A DNA stretch of 64,000 bases, from assembly GCF_018350175.1 (NCBI RefSeq), contig NC_058368.1, forward strand, positions 38,318,001 through 38,382,000, read 5' to 3'. The stretch comes from Felis catus. Its lineage: Eukaryota. A program made the translations under genes and the position numbers. The first letter of the stretch is position 1. Each line of letters starts with the position of its first letter. This document shows, one piece after another, positions 25,473-39,287 of the stretch. The notes under the pieces were generated by a model. The model was not told the DNA's origin, searched no databases, and worked only from the letters and a program-made list of their open reading frames with translations.

Positions 25473-25646
25473 TTAATTTTCGAGAGAGCACAAGCAGGGG
25501 AGGTACAGAGAGAGAAGGACAGAGGATCTGAAGGGCGCTCTGTGCTGACATCAGAGTGCCCGATGCTGGGCTAGATCTCACTAACTGTAAGATCACGACC
25601 AGAGGCGAAGTCAGACCTTCAACCAACTGAGCTACCCAGGTGTCCC
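25473..25646 (-). mobile_element. Can-SINE; third of the cluster
   Basis: SINE body ending ...GCTACCCAGGTGTCCCC. Confidence 0.88.
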
Positions 25647-25659
25647 CAATATGGTTTCA

Positions 25660-25865
25660 TTTTTTTTTTAACGTTTATTTATTTTTGAGACAGAGAGAGA
25701 GCATGAATGGGGGAGGGTCAGAGAGAGGGAGACACAGAATCTGAAACAGGCTCCAGGCTCTGAGCCATCAGCCTAGAGCCCAACGTGGGCTCGAACTCAT
25801 GGACTACGAGATCATGACCTGAGCTGAAGTCAGCCGCTTAACCGACTGAGCCACCCAGGGACCCC
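25660..25865 (-). mobile_element. Can-SINE; fourth of the cluster
   Basis: Degenerate TSD CAATATGGTTTCAT / CAGTATGATTTCTT. Confidence 0.92.
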
Positions 25866-26101
25866 CAGTATGATTTCTTAAAAACAAAATTATAAGAAGG
25901 AACAAGAGTTTAAGGGACAATGTATAGAGTTCTAAAAACCATAGTAGCTAATTGTAGTGTATAAACTTGTTTCCTAATTCAGGTAATTATAGTGCCATCA
26001 TGATATTGATCCTGAAACTTAAAGAAAATTTAACATACAGATTTTATTGATACCCTCATTTAATTAAATCAGTTATTTTTTTTTTTTTTTAAGACATGTT
26101 T

Positions 26102-26295
26102 AGGGTTGCCTGGGTAGCTCAGTTGGTTAAGCATCCAACTCCTGATTTTGGCTCAGGTCATGAACTCAGGATTAGTGGATTCAAGCCCCATGAAGGGCTC
26201 TGAGCTGACAGTGTGGAGCCTGCTTGGGATTCTCATTCTCATTTTCTCTCTCTCTCTCAAAAATAAATAAACATTTAAAAAATAAAAAAATTAAA
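26102..26295 (+). mobile_element. Can-SINE
   Basis: TSD AAGACATGTTT (26091-26101) / AAGGCATGTTT (26296-26306). Confidence 0.9.
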
Positions 26296-28104
26296 AAGGC
26301 ATGTTTGAGACAATAGGAAACAGCATTTGGAATTACTGTTATTGTATTAGGTTTTATAACAGCATGGCAACTGAGTGTCTGGGACCCTCTCCCTATTGCA
26401 GTGGCCTGAAAAACATCATTTTCCACTTTCCCATGAATGGTATATTCCTTCTACAACCTAGATGCATATTTGCCTAATTCATTTGAAAAGATCTCTTCAA
26501 TCAGGATAACTTCACATAAATGTGTAAGCACACAAAAAGGGGATGAGAGAATAAAGGAAGGGAAAGTAAGGAGAAAAAGTGGGGAAAGAGTGAAGAAGGT
26601 GGAATAAAATGGCAGGGAAACAACATTTAATTCTTAAGCGTAATGAGTTCTTGTGTCTAAACCAAAGATAGAATATTTAATTTATAAGCATCGGTGATCA
26701 ACTCTGTGGGGATTCTGTCTCCCCCAAATACAATTTTCTGTCATTTAAAGAATGTACAGGCAATAGTTTCTGCTTTCACTTTCTCTTTGTCACAAAATTC
26801 AAGTGGAATATCCACTTCAAGAAGTTGTACATCTGGGTTAAGGAAATAATTCAGAATAGGTAGGCAGTTAATTTGTGGGTCTTTGTATTTATGTATGGCT
26901 CATCTCCCAAGTGCGGAGAAAATTGAGGCTATCATTGTCCACATTTTTACTAATGATACCTTAAATTTACCCAATAAAACTCTGTTTTTTTTTTTTAATA
27001 TGGCTTTTTGTTGTTGTTTTAGCAACCACTATGTGTCAGGCACTGTCCTTGGAATTAGAAATTCAAAGATAAATAAGGCTTATTTCAGCTCCCAAGAAGC
27101 TCCTATTTTAATTCTGGAAACAGATTTAGAAAAAGATAAATAAAAACTTAGTGTACATTTCCTTGTTTCTCATTTTAGACTATTTTACCCATTTTAATGT
27201 TAATTTCATTTTACTCTTGAAAATCTTTTTTTTTATACCATTTATATGAAGTTAAATCAGCATATATCTCCACACATAGCACCACTGCACTCACATTTCA
27301 AAAAGATCACCAAAAGGGAAACATTTTAGACTAAGATGAAAACTTACTTTTTATAGAGTTGAAAGAACACAGTTCACAAATAATAAATTCATGTTTCTCA
27401 TTCACACAATCCATTGCCTTTTCAAAATTGCTTCATTCTTTGAATAATACTGGTACGTAATGCTTAAGTACACTGATGTTTCCTATGTTTGAAACACTAA
27501 CCTCCCCATTAATAGTGTTGACCTTCAGAGGCTTGTTCAGTTTATGTTTGATAAACTTAGTATAAAGAAAAGATCCTGCTCTTTTCTGTCTGTGAGTTCC
27601 TATTAAAATTTCAACGGTAGTTCTTTCAAGGCTGTAATGTCACCAATAGTTGCTCCTTTCACTGCTAAATGATTATAATCAGTTGCTAACTGAAACTCTT
27701 GTTTGCTCTTGAATGATTCATTTCTTAAGAATACATCATTTTGGGCAAGTTTTATAAATGAATAACATGTGCCAGTTATCAATAACAATGAAATTAAGTA
27801 GTATGCTTGATAAATAGAGCCTTGATTATGAGAGAGGTAATCTCCTAATTTTTTACGGCCTACTGAGAAAATGATCATTAGATGTGGTGAAAATCTCTAC
27901 CAAGCACTCACTCAGAGCAATGAAAATCTATACTCCAGCAGTGACTATGTTCCATTTAATATTTCCCTCCCTTTCCTCCCCTCCATTTCCCTTAATCAAA
28001 AGGAGAAATCCTTTTAAAAGCCATCCACAATCTGTGTGAAACTTTCCAAGGAAGGTTTATTGAATTGTTTTCTGTTCAACTGCTCTCAGAAAAACATTGG
28101 CAGC

Positions 28105-28650
28105 TACTCTCAGATGCAGTAAAATCATAAAGACATTCCTTACCCTTCTTGATATTTTGGTTTATGCTTCTCTAACCTTCTAGCAGAAAAAAAAAAAAAG
28201 ACAAGAAAAAGGAAAACTCTCAATCTGGATCCATAGATAATTGGCAAATGGCAAAAGGGAGACTCAATTAGCTCAGATTATTAACAGAGACATGCTACAT
28301 CTGGTCATGGCTGAGTCTGTTTGTCCAGAAATATCTATCAAATAAACGATTAAAATCAAGACCCGGCAGATGTGCATCTCTCCACATATGACCCTATTTC
28401 TCTAATGTATGAAAATGCACTTAGTTTCATCTGAGAATTTTTTCTTCTTAATTATACAACTTAAAGTCAAGATTTGGAAATTGGAAAATAACCTGGAAAA
28501 AGACATCTGTACATGTTTGTTTAAGTTTTCCCTCTTGAATCTCGCCTCTGCTGCGCTAGAATGATGTAGAATGAGAAACAATCTGTATTCTTGCCTTTTG
28601 CTCACAGCCCTGAAGGAAAACCTGCTGGGATTGGCTGCAGATGGTTTCAT
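28105..28650. promoter_or_regulatory. Candidate bHLH (CAGATG) enhancer
   Basis: Six CAGATG/CATCTG sites plus CATATG and CAAATG in ~540 bp with no recognisable repeat. Confidence 0.4.
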
Positions 28651-29224
28651 TGCAAGAGAAGAATGTGCCTGCTCTTGGCTGCCTGTTCTGTATGCATGAT
28701 CAAGCCCCAGTCAATGCTTCATGTGCCTCATTAACTGTGGGACAGGAAGAAGTATGATGCTCCCAGAATACATGCCCTTTTCTCTAGCTAAGGCCAGTCT
28801 TGTGAAAAGGAAACACTTAAAAATTAAAAGGACGGCTTGTAAAAAAATAATTTTTTTACTACCAAATTCAGTCTTCCTTTATTGACTCAACTGTGAATAG
28901 CTGACAAAATGTTATTAAAGAGACCATTCACTCACAACTGGGCTGACTTGTTTACCTTGAAGTAGATAATAGTGGAAAGGAAAATGCACCATCATTTGCT
29001 AGGACCCTAAGTATGAGGTACATAAGGGACTAAGATCATACGATGGAAAATCAGAAAGAACAATTATATGAGGGAACCAGAGAGTTAAATTATCTTAAAA
29101 TCTGTTTGCTCATGGCAATTGTGCATTAGTTTACTAAGTATAATTTTGCCACTTGAAGAAGCTTAAAGCAATTTTGCTTTGAGTTTCCAAATGTAATTAA
29201 AACATTTTAAAATTATTAAAATGA

Positions 29225-29375
29225 GGATAATGAACATTTATTGAACTCTTATGATAACCAGGTGCTTTAGATTTATATATAATTTCATCTCCCCGATAAT
29301 ATTGCAAAGTAGTTATTATCATCTCATTTTATAGGCAAAGCTAAAAGATTTTAAGTGCCTTCCTCCAGATAACTT
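29225..29375 (-). mobile_element. MIR relic
   Basis: AACATTTATTGAACTCTTA...GTAGTTATTATCATCTCATTTTATAGGCAAAG is the reverse-complement MIR core. Confidence 0.6.
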
Positions 29376-29578
29376 GAAAATAAATTGGGGTTGGGGAAGC
29401 CAAGGCTTTCTCCAGACCAATGAAAACCCTGAGCCTTCTCTACTGCATCACAGGCTAGCTGGGGGTAGAGATGGAAGCAAGATAGAGAAGAGTTTGGGGC
29501 ACCGAGGATTCCTAACCGATGCACTCTTTCCACATGATGGTAAAATTTTCATCAGAATATTTAAAATAACCAGTTTGT

Positions 29579-31195
29579 AGCATGGTATTGGCACAAAAAC
29601 AGACACATAGACCAATGGAATAGAATAGAAACCCCACAGGGCGCCTGGGTGGCTCAGTCGGTTAAGCGGCCGACTTCACCTCAGGTCATGATCTCATGGT
29701 CTGTGAGTTCAAGCCCCGCGTCAGGCTATGTGCTGACAGCTCAGAGCCTAGAGCCTGTTTCAGATTCTGTGTCTCCCTCTCTCTGACCCTCCCCCGTTCA
29801 TGCTCTGTCTCTCTCTGCCCCAAAAATAAATAAATTAAAAAAAAAAAGAAACCCCAGAACTAGACCCACAAACGTATGGCCAACTAATCTTTGACAAAGC
29901 AGGAAAGAATATCCAATGGAAAAAACAGTCTCTTTAACAAATGGTGCTGGGAGAACTGGACAGCAACATGCAGAAGGTTGAAACTAGACCACTTTCTCAC
30001 ACCATTCACAAAAATAAACTCAAAATGGATAAAGGACCTGAATGTGACACACGAAACCATCAGAACCCTAGAGGAGAAAGCAGGAAAAGACCTCTCTGAC
30101 CTCAGCCGTAGCAATTTCTTACTTGACACATCCCCAAAGGCAAGGGAATTAAAAGCAAAAATGAACTACTGGGACCTTATGAAGATAAAAAGCTTCTGCA
30201 CAGCAAAGGAAACAATCAACAAAACTAAAAGGCAACCAATGGAATGGGAAAAGATATTTGCAAATGACATATCGGACAAAGGGCTAGTATCCAAAATCTA
30301 TAAAGAGCTCATCAAACTCCACACCCGAAAAACAAATAACCCAGTGAAGAAATGGGCAGAAAACATGAATAGACACTTCTCTAAAGAAGACATCTGGATG
30401 GCCAACAGGCACATGAAAAGATGCTCAACATCGCTCCTCATCAGGGAAATACAAATCAAAACCACACTCAGATATCACCTCACGCCAGTCAGAGTGGCCA
30501 AAATGAACAAATCAGGAGACTCTAGATGCTGGAGAGGATGTGGAGAAATGGGAACCCTCTTGCACTGTTGGTGGGAATGCAAAGTGGTGCAGCCACTCTG
30601 GAAAACAGTGTGGAGGTTCCTCAGAAAATTAAAAATAGACCTACCCTATGACCCAGCAATAGCACCACTAGGAATTTACCCAAGGGATACAGGAGTACTG
30701 ATGCATAGGGGCACTTGTACCCCAATGTTGATAGCAGCACTCTCAACAATAACCAACTTATGGAAAGAGCCTAAATGTCCATCAACTGATGAATGGATAC
30801 AGAAATTGTGGTTTATATACACAATGGGGTACTACGTGGCAATGAGAAAGAATGAAATATGGCCCTTTGTAGCAACGTGGATGGAACTGGAGAGTGTGAT
30901 GCTAAGTGAAATAAGCCATACAGAGAAAGACAGATACCATATGGTTTCACTCTTATGTGGATCCTGAGAAACTTAACAGAAACCCATGGGGGAGGGGAAG
31001 GAAAAAAAAGAGGTAGAGTGGAAGAGAGCCAAAGCATAAGAGACTCTTAAAAACTGAGAACAAACTGAGGGTTGATGGGGGGAGGGAGGGAGGAGAGGGT
31101 GGGTGATGGGTATTGAGGAGGGCACCTTTTGGGATGAGCACTGGGTGTTGTATGGAAACCAATTTGACAATGAACTTCATATATTGAAAAAAAAT
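29579..31195 (+). mobile_element. 5'-truncated young L1_Fc-like element (ORF2 3' end plus 3'UTR)
   Basis: 16-bp TSD AAAATAACCAGTTTGT at 29563-29578 and 31196-31211, at a TT/AAAA site. The 358-aa ORF is nearly identical to the C-terminus of the full-length ORF2. Confidence 0.97.
29639..29846 (+). mobile_element. Can-SINE nested in the young L1
   Basis: TSD AGAAACCCCA at 29627-29636 and 29847-29856. Confidence 0.96.
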
Positions 31196-33479
31196 AAAAT
31201 AACCAGTTTGTTCCAATAGTAAGCCAAGAGCAAAGAGAAATCGTGGTTCTTAGCATTATGGATTAGAAGCTATATTGTTTCGTGAAGTAATATCTATGTT
31301 TTTTACTATTTTTACTGATTCTTAAGCAAAGTTATAGAACATGATTAAAATACAAAATAAAGCAGCTGAGCTCAATGAAATTCAGCAGTCTACAACCCAG
31401 GCCCAATCCCTGGAGGCAACTACCCTCAACTCATCCTCCTAGTTCATTTCCTTGATTTATTTAAATTATATGTTTATTCATTTTTGCTATTGATTTACTA
31501 CTTTAGATAAACTCTATTGGCTTCCTGCTAAATGCGTGGTAATTTACATAACATAAGACCCTACATCTCCTCTCTGTCTCCTCTTCAATTGCCGATAGCT
31601 ATTTTATAATCTGCTCTGTTGCAACCTGTGTTTCTGCAGTATCAACTGCTCCATGTGGTACTGATAAAAGAGCCATAATGTTAGTATTAACATGGAACTT
31701 GTTAATGCTTAGCTTTTTGTTCTCTAAGAAAGTGAAGGCAGAACAGAACCAGAACTATAACTAAAGAGAAAAAAAAATCACTTTGCTCTCCACCATACAT
31801 GCAAGAAGCCCTTTCAGCTCTATTTTAAGAAAATAAACTTGTGACACCTGTATGCAGACTCTCCCGGCTTCCTCAAATCCTGGCAGGTCGTCGTTTTGAC
31901 CCAAACTCCACTTCCATCTTACTGTGTCCTCACCGTGACACAAGGATTTCCGAGCTATTATTTTTGTACTTTTTAATATCCCTTGAGGAAGCCGTCAGAA
32001 CCTGGGTTAAATGACCATACCCCACAGTATGGTAATCATTTTTGTTAGTGTTCAAGTTTAGAAAGTTACGTGATTTTGACTTGCTCTGTATTTTTTCCTC
32101 ACACCTTATTTTTAAAGAGTGCTATCTTAGAGAACACATGTTGGGTTGTTTTGTTTTTAAGAACACATGTTTTGTAGTAAGGCAGAAAGCCCTGCAGTTT
32201 TGATTATGTTTTCTTTGACTCTGTCAACTTGATATTATACTAAAGTCTTTATTTTTGTTCCAACAAATAGCACCGGAATTCTCTAAACCCTCTTCTCTCT
32301 CTTTGGTTATTTATCTCCCTTACACTTTCCTCCTTGAAATTTCCTACTTTTTTTTTTTTCTCTCTTACTTTGCTTATGTTTTACCTCCCTCTCTCTAATT
32401 TAATAGTTTTTACTTCTCCATGTTCTGTTTATAGGTAGATCCTCAATTTTGAAAACATTAAGAGATTTGCATTATTTGCACCCTTTGCTGCAAACCCAAA
32501 GGAGACATGTTTAAGCTGTGATTAGTTTTCCTTCTTCTGGCTCCAAAGACATCACCACTTTGCCACTAAAACGACAATATTTTCCAGTGTCAAGGTCAAA
32601 CATATTCTTTCTTATATTCTGCGAATTTTTAAAATCAGCACTGTTTATACTTTGTTTCACATTTTGAACATGACTTTTTTGGAAGTTTTTGTTTTGTTTT
32701 CTTCTGGTCTGCTTTTTGTGTATACATTTTCCTCTAATCTCCAAATGCTTTATTTTTTTCCTACTCTTTTCATGGGGGTGGGAGGGGGCAATCCTAATAC
32801 TTTATTAGCTTTTTCTGGGAATCTATTTCATTAGTTTATTGAAGATATTCTTCTGATAGTCCATTTGCTGTCCCTTCTTATTTGGACTGATTGCTTCGTA
32901 GGCCTATGAAGCCAACCAATCACTCTCCATCTCACTCTCATTCTGTGATCAGTCATGAATTCCTGTCCATTATACACATGGCTTTTTCTGATACAGTGCA
33001 TTCTCTGGAAAAGTGCTTGAAGAGCAAATCATCTAAGCTTTTGTGTAAGTTTTTTTTCCCTATTGTTCTCATATTTATTTTTAAACTTTACGTGGTATCT
33101 TGTTCTCTCATTTGATAAGTATTTTCCTTTAAAATTGTGATAGTTTGTTCTGTTGCTTTCTAGCTTTCATTATGGACTAAGGTCAAATGATATTGTATAC
33201 GATGATAGCACTCGCTTGAAAAAAACCTTCCCCAAATTCAGCACTGATTAGCACCATACCAAACCTAATGAATGTGTTTCAGTCCTCACCTTTTTAGTAT
33301 CCCTATCAGAATGTGACATTGATTACAAAACTTGCCTTATGAACCATCATCTCCTGTCAGTGTCTGTGAGACTACTCTTCTAGATTTCCTCAGAGCCATC
33401 TGCCAATTGTGTTCTATGTCTGTTTTGAGACTGACTTGTCCTTTACTACCTAGTTACCTGTCTCACCTTAGTGTTCAGT

Positions 33480-34757
33480 CTGCTGATACCTAGCCCATAT
33501 CCTAAGCTTTCCTGATGACCAAGGCAATGTCTTTGCACCCGGAGTTATAATTACCATCTATCCATATCATAATTATAGCCATCTTCATAGCTCCAGCACA
33601 AGTTGAGCTCCTGACTCCTCTCTCTCTGCCCATTCTGTCTCCCCTTATCATAACATTCATACTCACAGTCAATATGTCTAACACTTGAGGTCATTTTCTA
33701 CAAACACATGCACATACACACAAGCACTCACTATGTCACCTATAGTCTGTTTCCACATTCAGGGTATTCTGTCTCAAAGAATGATACAAATAATCATCTA
33801 ACTTCTCAAGACAGACACTTAGAAGACATTCTTGACTCCTTTCTCTTCATCACCCCTTGTATATAATCTATGGCAACATCCTGTCGATTTTACCTCATAA
33901 ATTTCACTCATCTACACTTCATCTATACCTACACCACTTTGGTCAAAGCTATCATTGGACTGTTACAACAGCCCCTGACTGTCTCCAGTCTATTCTGTAT
34001 TTGACAGTTAGAATTTACTGTTTTTGAAAATAGGTCAGGGAACCTGAGTGGCTCAGTCAGTTAAGCATCATGAGTTTGAGCCCACATAGGGTAAGCCCCA
34101 TTTCTTTCCCTCTCTCTCTGCCCCTCAGTTACTTGCACCTTCTCTCTTTCTCTCACTCTCAAAAAAAAAAAAAAATAGAAAATGTCATTATATTACACAA
34201 TTAGCTTAATATCTATCAATGGCTTCATGCTGTTCTTTGGTTAAAACCAAAGCAGCTTAATATGCCTTAGTAAATGCCCCATTGTCTGCCTTAGGTCCTG
34301 TGTACTCTTCATCCCCCCTTGCACACCCTAGTTTCCCCCATTCAGTTACCATCACCTTTACTTTCTTTCTGTACCTAATTTAGATTTCATTCCTTCCTAA
34401 TAAGAGAGTTTTTAAAATTTTTCATCCATTTGCAGGGAATAATCTTTGTTCATATTCTATTTTTTATAGGAGTTCATGTTTTGCCTTCTCAGAGTGAAAT
34501 TATCCTCTCTACCCCTACTTCCTAGGCTATGTTAGTTTTCTTTTTAATACAAACTCATAGAATCTTTCTTTTAGGTTACTTAATTTTAATTGTGAATGTG
34601 CTAGTGTGATTAATTAATTTCTGTCTTCGCTACTAGAATCTAAGATCTGTGAGAGCAGATACTTATCTGTTTGCTTATTGCCTACATTTACAACATAACC
34701 TGGAAAATAGTAGACACCTAACTTAAAGTCTGCAAAAATAATAAGTCAATGAATGAC
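33480..34757 (+). mobile_element. L2 LINE 3' portion, interrupted by a SINE
   Basis: CATTCTTGACTCCTTTCTCTTC...CCTGTCGATTTTACCTC...ACTAGAATCTAAGATCTGTGAGAGCAGA...AATGAATGA is a typical L2 3' end. Confidence 0.7.
34038..34176 (+). mobile_element. Short, internally deleted Can-SINE
   Basis: GGGAACCTGAGTGGCTCAGTCAGTTAAGCAT joined directly to GAGTTTGAGCCC, then (CT)n and an A-tail. Confidence 0.85.
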
Positions 34758-36472
34758 TACATACAAGAAACCAACTCCAGGAATTCTGAAAGATAGGGGA
34801 TTTTTAAGCACTTTCTTAATGCATTGATTTAAAAGTTTAAAAACTATAGTTTAGAAATTTTTGACTTGCAGAAAGGAAACATTATATTCTTTATCTATTA
34901 CTCAAATCCTGAAGGGGAAAAAATCACCCAATTTCTCCCTTTGTTATTTTTTAAAAAGGCTATTTTCCTATAGTGGACATTTATTATCTTTCACTTTTCT
35001 CTTGCAACATTCCTCCTAAGTGTTTTCAGAATTTCAATACATTGTCTAAGTTACGAGCAACTATCTATAAAACATAGTTCAGATGATTTTTACCTATTTG
35101 GACAAACAATTAAAAACATATCTTTTGTTTGCTTATTTTATTATTTCCCAAGTGAGACTGGCATAGCCAATAGCCCAAAGGGATTAGAATGGTGATCCAC
35201 TGGGTTGAACAAAGAAATTATGAGAGATTTTATCTATGTCAAGTCTAAATCTAAAGAAATAAATTAAGCTGCAATGATATTTAATATACAGATTGATATA
35301 TGTAACAAAGTGATGTGATGTTTTATTAACAAATAAGGAAAATAATTTAAATAGCATGAAGTAAGCAAATTTATGAGTGGGGGAGCATATAATACAAATA
35401 ACAATGATCTCTTCTGCCCGATTGAGATTCATCATAGCATGTTATGGAGATACTTTTAAGTTAACAGAATAGCAGCAATTTCTATTGGTATATTTCTTCT
35501 TGCTTAGAAAATAATGAGAAAAGCATACAGACTTAAAATAGACATAATAATTTTGTATATATAATGTCTCTATATATGTGTGTATGTAGGGCAAATAGAA
35601 TGTATAGTTAATATTGTTTAAATGTTGTATGAATCTTATTAGTCAGTCAAGGTTTCTGAAAGAAACTGGTTTTGAGTTTGCTCAAGCTTATTTTGTTCAA
35701 AGGGATATTAAGGTTAGGGAAACTCAAGGGACCATCACTACCTTAATTGCGAGCTCTGCATTTTCATTTTTTATCTTTGTAAGCAAAAAAGCATTGCTAT
35801 ATCATAAATAAAATGGAATTTCTAATTTAATTGCTCTATTTATAAAATAATTATGAATGCAATAAAAGAAGAGAATAAAGAAACAGCAACGATTTAGACT
35901 CTAAGGGGGGCCTTATACCGACCGTGTCCAATGTAAATCATTATTTCAGCCAAAATTTAATCAAACTTTACACACAGGATTCATTATGGATATGCCACTG
36001 CACATCAACATTAGGAATATTATTTTGAAACATGTGAAGGCCAGACGAACTAGCCAAAAAATTGATTTCAGTATTAATCAATGTACTAAACTAAGTTGTT
36101 TGGCAATTTTTAGGATATTCTTACCACCCTTAGCTGAACTGACCAAATTTTATTAAATAGATTAATCAAGATGCATAAGAGTTGGGTAGGAATTTTGTCT
36201 TTTATATTTTTTACTGGCTTAATATGTAGGTACTACTTGAAATGTCAGTGCTCTTAATATTATTTCAATTCCTGGCTACATTTTTAAGAAGACCATGTCC
36301 TTGAACAATATTCTCCTAATTAGTAAGATGTTACTATACTTTTGGGTTTTTTTTATCTGTAATTTTTTTTTTTACAAAATGTGCATTTTTATTCAATTGC
36401 TTATGCATGGCTATTTCTTATAGTACAATCATTTGGACTCTACTAATTATAAAATATTAATAGATATGCTTC

Positions 36473-36679
36473 CTTTTTTAAGTTTATTTATTTTTGAGAG
36501 AGACAGAGACATTGTGTAAGCAGAGGAGGGGCAGAGAGAGGGAAAGAGAGAATCTCAGACAGGCTCTGTGAGGCAGCACAGAGCCCAATGTGGAGCTCGA
36601 ACTCCCAAAACTGTGAGATCATGACCTGAGCCTAAACCAAGAGTTGGATGCTTAACTGACTGAGCCACCTAGGTGCCCT
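36473..36679 (-). mobile_element. Can-SINE
   Basis: TSD GATATGCTTC (36463-36472) / GATATACTTC (36680-36689). Confidence 0.93.
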
Positions 36680-38132
36680 GATATACTTCTTAAAGTAAGT
36701 GCAATTATCCCATTTATGAAATTTTTAGAAGTTTTTTTTTCATATTTTGCAAATAAAATCCAAAAAAAGATAAAGACAAGAAAATTAAGTGGAATTTTGA
36801 GTAATTTCTCTGCAGTATAGTCCTATAATGAGATTTTTCTTCTTTTCATATTTTAAAATTTAGATACTTTTTTTTATTTTTATTATCACAATTATTGGTT
36901 TTTGAATTTTTTCTTTAAATGGTTTGAATAAGGAATTATATCATAAACACGTACATTTGATCTGAACTATTACTTGAGCCTTTAGGCAAAAATTTGATAT
37001 GACATCTTCTTATGCAACTTTGCTGATCTGTAAATGGTCCACATAAAATGCTTGCCTGATTTTATTATTCTGTTTACCTCTATTATAACTCAGTGAGTCA
37101 ACAATAATTACTGAGACTTCACTGTGCACAGAAAATAATTGTAATAAAAAAAATTAAAGCATTGAATTTGCTCGAAAGAAGCATGCAGCACATATCAAAA
37201 CAAGTGAACAGTATACTAAAGCCATGGCACAAAATTATCACATCCTTTGTCAATTTTGAGGAGTTTTATATCCAAAAAAAGTTACATGTTGAGAATTTCA
37301 AAAGTTTTTTTTTCTTTTAAAAAAATAAAAATGTGATATGTTACTTTATGTCAGATATATGTTTGCCTCATAAATGACCAATTAGATTCACTTTAATCAA
37401 CAGAGAGAGCTAATGTTTGTGGATAGGGCACGGTGTTGCTTAAATTGTCACTTATATCTTAATTAGGAGATCAGTCCTTGTGCAAGGACAATTGAACTTC
37501 ACTCTGCCCAGATTTCCAGATTGTCTGCACTTGCACTGTCTTGAAAGCCAGTCATAGAATTCTGAGGTTGGAGAGCCTGAAGGATAATTTAGTCTATTTC
37601 TGTTGTTTTAGAGCTGTAGAAAGCCAAATTCCACGAAGGGGTAATGATATTTATTGATGATATCCAGCAAAAACTTCCATGCATTTTCTCACGTAAACTT
37701 TGAAATAAGTCTTAAAGGTGGGCATTATTAGCATTTGGCTTATAAAATTAAATATTAATTTTCTTGACATAGTAGAGACATATGAACATTAAAGAAGATG
37801 TATAAAAATCAACTGGAGAAAATAAAATGTATCATCCATTGTCCAACCATAGGAATTAACTTTTAATATTATGGTGTCTATTCATATATGTATTTATTTC
37901 AAAACAGAATCATAATAGGAGTAAAATTTTATTGCTTGCTTGTATTTCTAGGGAATCAAACATTCTCCCTTGATGTGAAATATTTCCTAACAGCTATAAT
38001 TCACATTATGTGAATAGTGTATCTATATTTTTTAAAACATATGAAATTTATTTAACCATACCATATTATGTGAGTGGCACATTGTTTAAAATATTTATTA
38101 TCGAGTACTGCTATCTATAAAGTATTTCACGA

Positions 38133-38329
38133 GGGGCACCGGGGTGGCTCAGTCTTTTAAGCGTCCGACTTCGATCTCACGGTCCGTGAGTTTGAGCCCC
38201 GCGTCAGGCTCTGTGCTGACAGCTCAGAGCTTGGAGCCTGTTTCAGATTCTGTGTCTTCCTCTCTCTCTGACTCTCCCCCGTTCATGCTCTGTCTCTGTC
38301 TCAAAAATAAATAAACATTAAAAAATATA
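38133..38329 (+). mobile_element. Can-SINE
   Basis: TSD TATTTCACGA (38123-38132) / TATTTCATGA (38330-38339). Confidence 0.94.
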
Positions 38330-38844
38330 TATTTCATGAATGTAATTATTGCCATTTTAGAGATGATGGTAACTGAAATTCAACCCTATTTAAGCTATCT
38401 CGCTAGGACCCTTATGTTTCCAAATCTTGAATCCTGGTTTAAATACTTAAATAAAACTCTTCTTATTACAAACCTTCTGCATGCTGTTGGTAGATACTGC
38501 AGCAAATTTATAAGCATATTTTAAAACATAAAATGTGATCCTTATATCTACCACTCTCAATAGAACCATTGTAAGATTTTGGTGTTTTCTTTACAGACCT
38601 CTATTTTCTACTGATTATGTATTCACAATACAGTTGTATTATATAGGTAGCATCAGTGGGAGAGATAGTATGAACCTCCTCTAGCTCTTGCTAAAGATGT
38701 CACATGCCACCCATTAACATTCTACCAATGAACTTTTACCTACAGTATAGAAAAATATCACCTTATAAAAAGCTGATATCACACTGCCATTTAAAATTTT
38801 GTATTTGTTATTTGACACATTGAATTTAAAAATAATATGTCATG

Positions 38845-38977
38845 GCGGGGGGTCCCTTGGTGGTTCAGTCGGTTAAGCATCTAACTCGGTTTCGGCTCAG
38901 TTCACAATCTCATGGATTTCTGAGTTTCAGCCCTGCATCAGGCTCTGCACTGACAGTGCAGAGACTTTTTGCGATTC

Positions 38978-39019
<42 letters not shown>

Positions 39020-39075
39020 CTTCCTCCCTCTCTACCCTTCCCATGCTTGTGCTTTTTCAAAATAAATAAATAAAA
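38845..39075 (+). mobile_element. Can-SINE
   Basis: GTGGTTCAGTCGGTTAAGCATC head, (CT)n, AAAT tail. Confidence 0.9.
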
Positions 39076-39078
39076 CTT

Positions 39079-39287
39079 TTTAATGTTATTTTTTAAATTA
39101 CTTTTAATAAAGAGAGTATGAGTGGGGGGGGTGGTGAATAGAGAGGGAGGGAGACACAGAATCCAAAGCAGTCTCCAGTTTCTAAGCTGTCAGCACAGAA
39201 CCCAATGTGGGGCTCAAACTCACAAACTGCAAGATCATGACCTGAGCCAAACTCAGATGTTTAACCACTGAACCACCCAGGCACCCC
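39079..39287 (-). mobile_element. Can-SINE inserted antisense into the tail of the preceding SINE
   Basis: Degenerate TSD AATAAATAAAACTT (39065-39078) / AATAAGTAAAGCTT (39288-39301). Confidence 0.9.
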
